Position numbers and translations under genes: made by a program. The notes under the pieces are model-generated. The model ran no database searches. It was not told where the DNA came from and saw only the letters and a list, made by a program, of their open reading frames with translations. Below, one piece after another: positions 26,384-36,156 of a DNA stretch of 64,000 bases. Numbering within the stretch: position 1 is the stretch's first letter; each line of letters begins with the position of its first letter. This DNA is from Gemmatimonadota bacterium (GTDB lineage Bacteria; Gemmatimonadota; Gemmatimonadetes; Gemmatimonadales; GWC2-71-9): NCBI GenBank assembly GCA_039586815.1, contig JBDHJR010000007.1, forward strand, positions 1,844-65,843. The letters run 5' to 3'.

Positions 26384-27360
26384 GGGACCCGCTCTATGCT
26401 GGCGGTTCCGTTGCTTACGACGATGAGTCGTCCGTCCTCGCCCAGCACCACGTCGAGGGGCACGCGCAGCCTGCCTCCGTCGGCAACGTGGGCGCCCACG
26501 TGTGGCAGCGGCTGGCCGGTGGCGCGGTCGAACACGAGAACCTGCCCCAGCAGCGCGTCAGCCACGTAGATCCTGCCTTCGCCGTCGACGGCGATGCCTT
26601 GCGGCCGGGAGAAGCCGTCCGAGCACCCGAGCATGCCGCAGGTACCATCGCCCGAGATCTCGGCCAGGAAGTTGCCGTCGTAGTCAAAGATCTTGACGGC
26701 CGCCGCGACACCCGGCTCGCCGTAATCGCTGACGAGCACCTCCCGGCGGTTCTCGTCCACGGCGATACCCGTGGGCGCGCGGAGCCCCGCCCGGTCCGGG
26801 CTGGGACCGGCCAGCGTCCCTCGAGCCTCGCCATCGAGAGTGAATGTCTTCACCTCACGTGTCCCGCCGGCGACGACGAACACGAGGCCCATCCGATGAT
26901 CAATGGCGAGGTCACTGGGATACGGGGCCGCACCGCGCCCGAAGGAGTACTTCCAGGTCCCGTCGGGACCGAACACGTCCACGGTACCTGCGTCGGCGTT
27001 TCCCACAAACACCCGGCCGCCCCACAAGCCCACCCCCAGGGGCTTTCCGTCAACCTGAAGTGCCTGATCCGGCTGGAGGGTCGCCGCGTTGACTCGGAGC
27101 ACAACTTGAGATCGCGAGTCCGACACGAGCAACCCGCCGCTCGGGGTCAGGACCATTCGAACGGGGGACTGCAGCCGGAGGAGTGAGGTATCGAACGGCC
27201 GCGAGAAGTTGGGCTCGACCGGGTCTTCCGGTCCGGCCAGTGGCTCCTCGTGCTGGCCGACGGTTGGACGGTCGACGCACGCCGCCGCGAGCAGGGCTCC
27301 GCCCAGCACGGCGAGTTTGACCGCAGAGTTCCGTCGATACAGGCTACGCATCGTGATCAA
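26380..27360 (-). CDS. NHL-repeat / beta-propeller lipoprotein
   Basis: Lipobox …LGGALLAAAC|VD. Blades include …PVRMVLTPSGGLLVSDSR…, …PSDLAIDHRMGLVFVVAG…, …PTGIAVDENRREVLVSDYG…, …PQGIAVDGEGRIYVADAL…, …PLDVVLGEDGRLIVVSNG…. Its stop overlaps the start of the 14-heme gene (26380-26383). Confidence 0.7.
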   Translation of the reverse strand: MITMRSLYRRNSAVKLAVLGGALLAAACVDRPTVGQHEEPLAGPEDPVEPNFSRPFDTSLLRLQSPVRMVLTPSGGLLVSDSRSQVVLRVNAATLQPDQALQVDGKPLGVGLWGGRVFVGNADAGTVDVFGPDGTWKYSFGRGAAPYPSDLAIDHRMGLVFVVAGGTREVKTFTLDGEARGTLAGPSPDRAGLRAPTGIAVDENRREVLVSDYGEPGVAAAVKIFDYDGNFLAEISGDGTCGMLGCSDGFSRPQGIAVDGEGRIYVADALLGQVLVFDRATGQPLPHVGAHVADGGRLRVPLDVVLGEDGRLIVVSNGTASIERVP

Positions 27361-27519
27361 CCGTCCCCCTATCCACCCAACTGCTTGTAGATAAAGCCTT
27401 TACGGCACACGACGCCGGAGTGCTCAGGCACCGCTCCGCCGCACGACCTTTGTCGAGCGATTCTCTAGGGATGTTGTAGGGAACAGGGGTGCCGTGCCGT
27501 GACACCCCTCACGATGGGC

Positions 27520-28056
27520 TTATACGTGTGCGATGGTCTTCGCGCCGCATTCCGCGCAGAACTTCGCGCCGGCCGGCAACTCCTTGCCGCACTCTGAGCA
27601 GAACGACCCACTTTCAGAGACCGCCGCGGAGAGCTTGCCGCCGCAGTTGGAACAGAACGTCGCGTCCACCTCGGGCCGCGGTCCGCAAGACGGGCACACG
27701 GCGCCGCGCCCGGCCGCCGCTCGCTTGATCAACTCCTCGGCCACGTCCTCCGCAGCCATGTCCAGCTCCTCCGCCTCCTCGGCCTCGATCGCCGCGATCG
27801 CCACCTTGGAGTACTTCGCCTTGAGCGCTGCGTAATCATCATCGGACAGCTTGCCCGTGGCGCGGTCGAACTCGATCTCCTTCAAGGCCAGCAACGCCTG
27901 GACCTTGGCCGAGTCGGACTCTTCGATGTCGGTGAAGTCGATCTCGTCGGCGGGGGATGTCGCCTGCTCGTCGGCCCCTCGGGCCGAGAACAGGGGCTCG
28001 AGCACGAGCGCCACCGCGACGAAGGCTACGATGACACCCGCTATCAACTCCAGCAT
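27520..28056 (-). CDS. Membrane-anchored double zinc-ribbon protein (possible CcmI-like accessory factor)
   Basis: N-terminal TM helix MLELIAGVIVAFVAVALVLEPLF, which resembles the CcmI N-terminus. An acidic coiled region follows, then two CxxC…CxxC ribbons (CPSCG…CSNCG, CSECG…CAECG). It lies 6 nt downstream of the ccmH-like gene. Confidence 0.55.
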   Translation of the reverse strand: MLELIAGVIVAFVAVALVLEPLFSARGADEQATSPADEIDFTDIEESDSAKVQALLALKEIEFDRATGKLSDDDYAALKAKYSKVAIAAIEAEEAEELDMAAEDVAEELIKRAAAGRGAVCPSCGPRPEVDATFCSNCGGKLSAAVSESGSFCSECGKELPAGAKFCAECGAKTIAHV

Positions 28057-28062
28057 GAATCG

Positions 28063-28644
28063 CTACTCCAGCTTTTCCAGCTCGGACTCGAGCTTGGCTC
28101 GTTCGTCAAGACTGAGGTCGGTCGGCAGGTCCGCCGCACCGGCCAGCTCCACCCCGTCCGCCGAGCGACGAGAGAAGACCCAGAGGAGCGCGGATCCGAC
28201 CGCTATTATCGCCGCACCAGGAACGAAGTATGCCGCGAGATTGAACCCTTCCTTCTTCGGCGCCATCAGCACGGTCTCGCCGTGCTTCGCCACGAACGCA
28301 TCGAGTATCTCCTCACCGGTCATCCCCTCCTCCACCATGCCCACCAGCTCCCGGTGGATCGCGGGAGAGGTTCCGCAGGTGAAGTCGGTAGTGCGGCACG
28401 TGTAAACATCCAGATTGCACCCGCAGGTGCAGCGCATCTGGCTCTCGATGCCGACGATGAAGGGATCGTTCTCGTAGTCGGTGATGCGGCCGCGTGGGCG
28501 ACCGGCGAGATCCGGTCGCAGTAGCTGCCCCACCGCTGTGTCACCCTGCGCCTGCGGATCGCCCTGCAGCAGCGCACCTGGCAAGAGGGCCGCTCCCGAC
28601 AGCTTCAGGGCATCGCGCCGCGAGTAGCGTCGCTCAACTAGCAC
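28063..28644 (-). CDS. CcmH/NrfF-like cytochrome c maturation protein with an atypical Cys motif
   Basis: Tat-like leader RRYSRRDALKLSGAALL. Core …QMRCTCGCNLDVYTCRTTDFTCGTSPAIHRELVGMVEEGMTGEEILDAFVAKHGETVLMAPKKEG… is followed by a TM helix, which is the CcmH topology. The canonical LRCxxC box is replaced by RC-T-C-G-C. Its start overlaps the ccmF stop. Confidence 0.5.
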   Translation of the reverse strand: MLVERRYSRRDALKLSGAALLPGALLQGDPQAQGDTAVGQLLRPDLAGRPRGRITDYENDPFIVGIESQMRCTCGCNLDVYTCRTTDFTCGTSPAIHRELVGMVEEGMTGEEILDAFVAKHGETVLMAPKKEGFNLAAYFVPGAAIIAVGSALLWVFSRRSADGVELAGAADLPTDLSLDERAKLESELEKLE

Positions 28645-30670
28645 CGGCTGAGCTCCCCTCCAGCGTCGCCGCGTAGCCCGCCATGGCGCGGCGTCGATCC
28701 GCTCCGGTGCTGCTTCCGGGCCACAGGGTCACCACACCTCCGGCCACCAACACGATGCCGCCGAACCAGAGCCACCACACCAGCGGATTGAGCGTGAAGC
28801 GGTACACCGCCTCCTCGGTGCCGGCCACCGATCCGGCGTACACGATGTAGATGTCCTCGCGCAGGTCGCTGCGGATTCCCGCCTCGGTGGACGGCTCGAA
28901 GGTCGCCCGTCCGAAGGAATCCACGTGCTGCCGCTTTTCGCTCTTCATGACGCCCACCCGCTCGCCGTCTCGAGCGACTTCGACGCTCGCCGCGGTCGTG
29001 AAGCGGTTGAGTTCCTCGTACTGCGAGACGCCCAGGTGGGTGAACGTATAGGTGTAGCCCCAGGGGGACCGCAGATCCGCCGACTGTCCGGGCTTCAGGG
29101 AGGCCTCGATGTCCGTCTTGAACGCCTGCCCAGCGAACGCCACGAAGTACAGCACGATGCCGAGATGAACGACATAGCCGCCGTAGCGCCGCCGATTGCG
29201 ACCCACCAGGCGCGCAAAGGCCTGCGGATAGCTCTCACCGTGCAGCCGGTGCCGTGCCCCGACGCCGCGCACGAACTCCTGCGTGACGGTTCCGACCACG
29301 AACGCGGCGAGGGCGAACGTCATTATGGCGTACAGGTTCCGCATGCCCAGTGCCAGCAGCAACACCGCCACGATGGCGCCGGCGCTCATCGGCACGGCAA
29401 ACTGGCGGTTCAGGTGTCCCGGGCTCGCCCGACGCCACGCGATGAGCGGCCCGATGCCGGTGAGCGCCAGCAGCCCCAAACCGATCGGGATGTTCACCTG
29501 GTTGAAGAACGGCGGACCCACTGTGACCTGGGTACCGCGGATCAGCTCGGAGATCATGGGGAACATGGTGCCCCAGAGCACGGAGAACGCGATCCCCACC
29601 AGCAGCAGGTTGTTGAACAGGAAGCTGGCTTCGCGGGAGACCATGCTCTCCAGGTGCGACTCCGCCTCGAGCATCGGAAGCCGCTTCCAAATCACCCATG
29701 CCGTCGCCACGATGATGAAGATCAGGTAGAACCCGAAGTACATCCCGATCGGCGACTGCGAGAAGGAGTGGACGCTGGAGATGATCCCCGAGCGCGTGAT
29801 GAACGTGCCGAAGATCGACAGCAGGAACGACAGCGAGATGAGCACCATGTTCCACTTCTTCAGCATCCCGCGCTTCTCCTGGATCATCACCGAGTGGAGG
29901 AACGCGGTCATCGTGAGCCACGGCAGGAAGCTGGCGTTCTCAACCGGATCCCACGCCCAGTAGCCGCCCCAGCCCAGCTCGACGTACGCCCACCACATCC
30001 CGAGCGTGATGCCGATGGACAGGAACAGCCACGAAATGATGGTCCACTTCCGAATGGCGTGCAGCCATCCCGTATCGAGCCGCTTGGAGAAGAGCGCGGC
30101 CATCGCGAACGCGAATGGGATCGTGATGCTGATGTACCCCAGGTACAGCATCGGTGGATGGATCACCATCCCGGGGTTCTGCAGCTGCGGGTTGAGTCCG
30201 TTGCCGTCCGCCGGCGTGAACGCCAGCCGCTCGAACGGATTGGCCGCGAACAGCGTCACCACCACGAAGAAGAAGACGATGGATGCCGTCACCGCTCCGG
30301 CGTACGGCATCAGGTCCTCGTAACGCCGGCCCGTGAGCCACTGCGCCAGGGCTCCGAAGATGGCGAGCACCACCGCCCAGAAGAGCAGGCTGCCGGCCTG
30401 CCCACCGTAGAAGGCGGACAGCGTGTACACCAGCGGGAGATTGCGGCTGGTGTAGCTCGCCACGTAGGCAACGTTGAAGTCGTGCTTGACGAGCGCGACG
30501 ATGAGCGCAAAGGACGCCACCACCAGGACGCCGGCCAGGGCGTAGGTGGCGCGCCGCGCACTGCGAACGAGATCCGGGCGCTGCTTGGCACCGCCCACGA
30601 AACCCACAATGGTGGCCCAGGCGCTGAGCAGCAGTGCCAACCACAGCGCTAGCTGTCCGAGAATCGTCAT
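28634..30670 (-). CDS. ccmF: Cytochrome c heme lyase / maturation protein CcmF
   Basis: MTILGQLALWLALLLSAWATIVG… with ~15 TM helices. It has the WGGYWAWDPVENASFLPW tryptophan-rich (WWD) heme-handling motif and a conserved CcmF C-terminal domain. I prefer the ATG at 30670 (4 nt after the ccmE stop) over the track start at 30718. Confidence 0.9.
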   Translation of the reverse strand: MTILGQLALWLALLLSAWATIVGFVGGAKQRPDLVRSARRATYALAGVLVVASFALIVALVKHDFNVAYVASYTSRNLPLVYTLSAFYGGQAGSLLFWAVVLAIFGALAQWLTGRRYEDLMPYAGAVTASIVFFFVVVTLFAANPFERLAFTPADGNGLNPQLQNPGMVIHPPMLYLGYISITIPFAFAMAALFSKRLDTGWLHAIRKWTIISWLFLSIGITLGMWWAYVELGWGGYWAWDPVENASFLPWLTMTAFLHSVMIQEKRGMLKKWNMVLISLSFLLSIFGTFITRSGIISSVHSFSQSPIGMYFGFYLIFIIVATAWVIWKRLPMLEAESHLESMVSREASFLFNNLLLVGIAFSVLWGTMFPMISELIRGTQVTVGPPFFNQVNIPIGLGLLALTGIGPLIAWRRASPGHLNRQFAVPMSAGAIVAVLLLALGMRNLYAIMTFALAAFVVGTVTQEFVRGVGARHRLHGESYPQAFARLVGRNRRRYGGYVVHLGIVLYFVAFAGQAFKTDIEASLKPGQSADLRSPWGYTYTFTHLGVSQYEELNRFTTAASVEVARDGERVGVMKSEKRQHVDSFGRATFEPSTEAGIRSDLREDIYIVYAGSVAGTEEAVYRFTLNPLVWWLWFGGIVLVAGGVVTLWPGSSTGADRRRAMAGYAATLEGSSAGAS

Positions 30671-30674
30671 GTGA

Positions 30675-31079
30675 TCAGGCGGAAGGTTCCGATTCGTACC
30701 GCGAGCCGCACTTGGCAAGCAGACTGGTTGCGTGGAACGTCCCGTCAGGCGCCAGTCGTCCCTCGACCACCACGTCCACGTCGTCGGTGAACGTGTCGGG
30801 CGCGATTCCTCGATAGACCACCGGGTACGTCTGCTCGCCGTCCGTCACCTCGAAGTTGATCGTCTGCGAGGCGACGTCGCGCTCGATGGTGCCGTGCACC
30901 ACCCGCGCTCCCATCTTGACACCGACGTCGTGGAAGGTGGGATCGGCCTGGACCCTGTCGGCCAGCTCCGACGGGGTGAGGAAGTACACCCCCGTCTCCT
31001 TGATGCCCGAGGTCATGAGGAAGCCAACCGTCGTGAGGACCAGCCCGGCTCCGATGATGAACTTAGTGCGTGGTTTCAT
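30675..31079 (-). CDS. ccmE: Heme chaperone CcmE, Cys-variant (CxxxY instead of HxxxY)
   Basis: N-terminal anchor KFIIGAGLVLTTVGFLM, then an OB-fold core …VKMGARVVHGTIERD…INFEVTDGEQTYPVVYRGIAPDTFTDDVDVVVEGRLAPDGTFHATSLLAKCGSRYE. The canonical LAKHDxxY heme-binding His is a Cys here. Confidence 0.85.
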   Translation of the reverse strand: MKPRTKFIIGAGLVLTTVGFLMTSGIKETGVYFLTPSELADRVQADPTFHDVGVKMGARVVHGTIERDVASQTINFEVTDGEQTYPVVYRGIAPDTFTDDVDVVVEGRLAPDGTFHATSLLAKCGSRYESEPSA

Positions 31080-31142
31080 GGCTCGAAATATATCCTACGT
31101 TTACACTCAGGAAAAGCTCTCCGGAACCCCTCTAAAGAACCC

Positions 31143-32654
31143 TTAACCGCCTATTACATCGGGTTTTTCGGCCCTCGCCCAGTGGAGCGTCGCCTGTACG
31201 GCGCGGCGCCAGGCCCCGTGGCCCCCGGCCGGCTGGGGGCCGGGCTCGAACCAGCTGTAGCTACGGCACTGCATGAAGGCCTCGGAGCTGCTCCACACCC
31301 CCGTGGCCAGCCCAGCGAGGCCCGCGGCTCCCAGGGCCGTGGTCTCCACCACGTCCGGCCGCGCCACCGGGACCCCCAGCGCGTCGGCCTGGAACTGCAT
31401 CAGCCAGTCGTTGGCGGCGGCCCCGCCATCCGCCTTGAGCTCCGCGAGCGCCACCCCGGACGCCTCGGCCATGCTCTCGACCACGTCCTGCGTCGAGTAG
31501 GCCATGGCCTCGAGCGCTGCCCGCACCAGGTGCGCGCGGGTCACCCCGCGGGTGAGCCCCACGATCGTTCCCCTGGCTTCCGCCTCCCAATGCGGCGCCC
31601 CCAAGCCCACGAACGCCGGCACGAACGATACTCCCGCCGTATCCGGTACCGAACGCGCCAGGGCCTCAGTCTCCGCGGCATGCTCGATGAGCTGGAGACC
31701 ATCCCGCAGCCACTGCACGGCGGCACCGGCGATGAAGATCGAGCCCTCCAGGGCGTAGCCGGGTCCACCAGTGGCGTCGCACGACACCGTGGTGAGCACC
31801 CCTGTGCCCGACCTGCTGCCGGGGAGCTCCGCGCCCACGCTCATGAGCAGGAACGCCCCCGTGCCATATGTGCATTTCGCCTGTCCCGGCTGCCAGCATC
31901 CCTGGCCGAACAGAGCTGCCTGCTGGTCGCCCGCGATGCCCGCGATGGGGATCTCCGCGCCCAGGTGCTCGGCCGCTGCGGTACCGACGATCGCGCTCGA
32001 CCGCCCGATCTCCGGCAGGCTCACCCGCGGCACCCCGAACAGCTCCAGCAGCTCCTCGTCCCAGTCCTGCCGCTCCAGGTTGTAGAGCAGGGTGCGCGAG
32101 GCGTTGGTGTGGTCGGTCACGAAAGCTCGTCCACCGGTGAGCCGGAAGATGAGCCACGCGTCGATGGTGCCGAACAATGCATCGCCCGCCGCCGCGCGGG
32201 CCCGCAGGTCGGGGACCTCGCTCAGCAGCCACTCGATCTTGGTGGCGGAGAAGTAGGGATCCCACACGAGGCCCGTGCGCTGGGCCACCCAATCCGGGCC
32301 CAGCTCGTTGTGGAGCGCACGACAGCGGGCGGCGGTACGGCGATCCTGCCACACCAACGCATGGTGCAGCGGGGCTCCGCTGGCTCGATCCCACGCGACG
32401 ACCGTCTCCCGCTGGTTCGTGATCCCGATGGCGGCCGGTTCGTCGCCGGCCTGCTGTACCGCTTCTCTCGCGGTTTCGAGCGTGACGCGCCAGATCTCCT
32501 CGGCGTCGTGCTCGACCATGCCGGGTGCGGGAAAGTGCTGGGTGAACTCGCGGTAGGCGCGGGAGACGACGTTACCGTCGGCGCCGATCACGAGGGCCGT
32601 GGACCCGGTGGTGCCCTGGTCGAGTGCGAGAATCGTGGGCATGGATCGAAACAC
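31143..32654 (-). CDS. glpK: Glycerol kinase
   Basis: …ILALDQGTTGSTALV…, …ITNQRETVVAWD…, …GTIDAWLIFRLTGG…FVTDHTNASRTLLYNL…, …IAGIAGDQQAALFGQ…GQAKCTYGTGAFLL… is the FGGY kinase/GlpK signature. The start is 32654 or 32642. Confidence 0.9.
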   Translation of the reverse strand: MFRSMPTILALDQGTTGSTALVIGADGNVVSRAYREFTQHFPAPGMVEHDAEEIWRVTLETAREAVQQAGDEPAAIGITNQRETVVAWDRASGAPLHHALVWQDRRTAARCRALHNELGPDWVAQRTGLVWDPYFSATKIEWLLSEVPDLRARAAAGDALFGTIDAWLIFRLTGGRAFVTDHTNASRTLLYNLERQDWDEELLELFGVPRVSLPEIGRSSAIVGTAAAEHLGAEIPIAGIAGDQQAALFGQGCWQPGQAKCTYGTGAFLLMSVGAELPGSRSGTGVLTTVSCDATGGPGYALEGSIFIAGAAVQWLRDGLQLIEHAAETEALARSVPDTAGVSFVPAFVGLGAPHWEAEARGTIVGLTRGVTRAHLVRAALEAMAYSTQDVVESMAEASGVALAELKADGGAAANDWLMQFQADALGVPVARPDVVETTALGAAGLAGLATGVWSSSEAFMQCRSYSWFEPGPQPAGGHGAWRRAVQATLHWARAEKPDVIGG

Positions 32655-32755
32655 AACCGGCGCGGCTCGGCACTGTCAACCCGCGTCACCCCCGCTTCAT
32701 CCTTTCTTCATCCCGCGCCGGGTACGGTACACGCGGGACCGCGAAGGAGGGATGC

Positions 32756-33427
32756 ATGGGCGTGCGGACCATCGAGGCACGCGAACGCGTCATGGAGAAG
32801 AACAACGAGCTGGCCGCAGAGGTGCGCCGGCGGCTCGAGGAGCACCGCGTCTGCGCGTTCAACCTGGTGTCGTCACCGGGATCGGGAAAGACGCTCCTGC
32901 TGGAGCGGACGCTCGAGCGACTGGGGGACCGTCTCGAGATCGCCGTGATAACGGGCGACGTGCAGACCCAGAACGACGCCGACCGGCTGGCGCGCTACAC
33001 CAACAAGCTGGTGCAGGCAGTGGTGACTGGAGGAGCGTGTCACCTCGACGCCCGCCAGATCTCGACGGCGCTCGACGCGATCGACCTGTCACGCACCGAC
33101 CTCGTGTTCATCGAGAACGTCGGAAACCTGGTCTGCCCCGCCGGCTGGGACCTCGGCGAGGAGGCCAAGGTAGTGCTGTTCTCGGTCACCGAGGGTGAGG
33201 ACAAGCCGGTCAAGTACCCGGCCATGTTCCAGCGCGCCGAGTACGCGGTGCTCAACAAGATAGACCTCCTGCCCCACCTCGACTTCGACGGCGAGCGCGC
33301 GATCGCCTGCGCCCACGAGGTGAATCCGAACCTGCGGTTCTTCCAGACCTCTGCGCTGACCGGGGAGGGGGTCGAGCAGTGGTGCACCTTCATCGAAGCG
33401 CACGTGCGGGACGCGGTGGTAGCTTAG
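32756..33427 (+). CDS. hypB: Hydrogenase/urease-type nickel-insertion GTPase HypB
   Basis: GAAGGAGG Shine-Dalgarno sequence 7 nt upstream of the ATG at 32756. …AFNLVSSPGSGKTLLLERT… (P-loop), …ITGDVQTQNDADRL…, …CHLDA…, …DLVFIENVGNLVCPA…, …VLNKIDLLP… are G3E-family HypB motifs. Confidence 0.85.
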   Translation: MGVRTIEARERVMEKNNELAAEVRRRLEEHRVCAFNLVSSPGSGKTLLLERTLERLGDRLEIAVITGDVQTQNDADRLARYTNKLVQAVVTGGACHLDARQISTALDAIDLSRTDLVFIENVGNLVCPAGWDLGEEAKVVLFSVTEGEDKPVKYPAMFQRAEYAVLNKIDLLPHLDFDGERAIACAHEVNPNLRFFQTSALTGEGVEQWCTFIEAHVRDAVVA

Positions 33428-33436
33428 CGCTCGGCC

Positions 33437-34462
<1,026 letters not shown>

Positions 34463-34504
34463 GGTCGGTCCCTCCCCTCAGCGTCGTGTGAGTGCCCGGA
34501 TGAG

Positions 34505-36130
34505 CTAGCGGTGCCCCGACGAGCGAGCGGCGCCGTCGCGCCGTGGGTCGGCGGCGCCGCGCCATGTGCCGCCACGTCGCGCCACAGCGTGGACGCCGCC
34601 GAAGTACGCGTTACGCCCCTGGAGATCCCACGAGGCGCGCGGCTCACTGAGCACAAAGCCTCGCTGCTCCATCAACATGAGAACCGAGTCCGGCGCTTCG
34701 CGCCATTCCACGAACAGGGCGCTGTCCGGAATCACGTGCAGCCTGGGGGCGGCGACCGCCGTCTCGATGTCCAGTCCATCGTCCACCCAGAGCTGCGCCA
34801 CCTGTACCACGGCAGAGATGATCCGGGCGCTTCCGGGGCTCCCCAGCGCCAGCACGGGCTCGCCTTCCCGTGCCAGGATGGTCGGACTCATCGAGGAGTA
34901 CGGCATCGCATTGGGTCGCAGCGCAAACGGGTGCCCGGGATCGCCTAGCACGAACTCGCGCATGTAGTCGTTGTACAGGAACCCCAGCGAGGAATCGGCG
35001 GCTTTGGCTCCGAACGCAAAGTTGATGCTGGCGGTGACCGCGACAGCCATGCCGTCGCCGTCCGCCACGGAGAAGTGCGTCGTCTCGCCGGCCCCCACCT
35101 CCAGCAGCTCCCGTGCGCGCGCCTTGTCGATCTTCTCGGCCACGTCGGCGCCGTAATCCACCAGGTCCCTCACCGGCGTATCACGCCTCGTGCGATGGCC
35201 AATGCGCAGCGCCTGACCGAGCAGCGGAATCCGACCAGGCGAGTCCGACGCCAATGCCTCGGATGGCGACTGCTCCAGCAAGTTGAGCATCTGCAGAACG
35301 ACCCATCCCCCACCCGGTGGCGGGAGCGTGTACACGTCCCACCCGCGGTATGATCCTCTCAGAGGATGCAGCTCTGCCGGCTGCGGCAACTGCTCCAGGT
35401 CTTGCAGCGACAGCCAGCCGCCGTTGGCTGCCATGTCACTGGCAATTGCGCGCGCGATCTCCCCTGTGTAGAAGTCCTCCGCTCCATGCTGCGCGAGCCG
35501 GCGCAGCGTGCGCGCCAGCTGCGGTTGGCGAAACACGCTGCCCTCCGCAGGGGCCACTCCCTCACCGGTGAGGAACAGTCTCCCGGCCGCCGGATTGGCG
35601 CGCAGCGCTTCCTCCGCGTTCACCCACACGCGGTGCCGGAAGGGACCCACTACGAACCCCTCCTCTGCATAGCGTATCGCCGGTTCGAGCAGCTGCGCCC
35701 ACTGAATTCGGCCGCTTCCGTGGTGCTGCCAAGCGTACTCCAAGACTCGAACCGTCGTGGGGACGGTCGTGGCCCGGTACGTGACGATATCGGCAGGGCC
35801 CGCGTCGAGAGGCGTTGCGCGCGGCGCATAGGAGGTGCCGTTGATGACCAGGGGAGGCTCGCCTGGCGGGTGAAGCAGTATTTGCGTCTGCCCTCCCAGC
35901 CCCGACATGGCGGGCTCGGTCACGGCCAGGGCGAAGGACACGGCGACAGCCGCATCGACTGCGTTGCCGCCGGCTCGCAGGATCGCTGCTCCGGCCTCGG
36001 CCGCCTCCGGGCTGGCGGCGACGGCGACGCCGGCTCGCTCACTGCCGGGCTCACAGGCTGCCAGCGTGAGCGCATTCCACAACGCCATGCCCAGCGCGGC
36101 TCTTCTGACGATACTCCCCTGCATCGGCAT
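34505..36130 (-). CDS. ggt: Gamma-glutamyltranspeptidase
   Basis: Signal or lipoprotein-like N-terminus (…NALTLAAC). …AGAAILRAGGNAVDAAVAVSFALAVTEPAMSGLGG… and the autoprocessing site …GETTHFSVADGDGMAVAVTASIN…. Confidence 0.9.
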   Translation of the reverse strand: MPMQGSIVRRAALGMALWNALTLAACEPGSERAGVAVAASPEAAEAGAAILRAGGNAVDAAVAVSFALAVTEPAMSGLGGQTQILLHPPGEPPLVINGTSYAPRATPLDAGPADIVTYRATTVPTTVRVLEYAWQHHGSGRIQWAQLLEPAIRYAEEGFVVGPFRHRVWVNAEEALRANPAAGRLFLTGEGVAPAEGSVFRQPQLARTLRRLAQHGAEDFYTGEIARAIASDMAANGGWLSLQDLEQLPQPAELHPLRGSYRGWDVYTLPPPGGGWVVLQMLNLLEQSPSEALASDSPGRIPLLGQALRIGHRTRRDTPVRDLVDYGADVAEKIDKARARELLEVGAGETTHFSVADGDGMAVAVTASINFAFGAKAADSSLGFLYNDYMREFVLGDPGHPFALRPNAMPYSSMSPTILAREGEPVLALGSPGSARIISAVVQVAQLWVDDGLDIETAVAAPRLHVIPDSALFVEWREAPDSVLMLMEQRGFVLSEPRASWDLQGRNAYFGGVHAVARRGGTWRGAADPRRDGAARSSGHR

Positions 36131-36156
36131 GCTTGCTCTCCCTCTGCTGGCGTCGC

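Noticed and set aside
27485-27509. 7-bp stem-loop (AGGGGTG-N11-CACCCCT) after the zinc-ribbon gene as a terminator
   Set aside because: The stem is short, the loop is large and there is no U-tract. It is too weak to call. The downstream NHL and 14-heme genes may be co-transcribed with the ccm genes.
28925-30652. 575-aa ORF on the + strand
   Set aside because: It is antisense to ccmF. The composition is Arg/His/Asp/Glu-rich and it is not membrane-like.
30732-32948. 738-aa ORF on the + strand
   Set aside because: It is antisense to ccmE and glpK and runs into hypB in a different frame. No domain signature is present.
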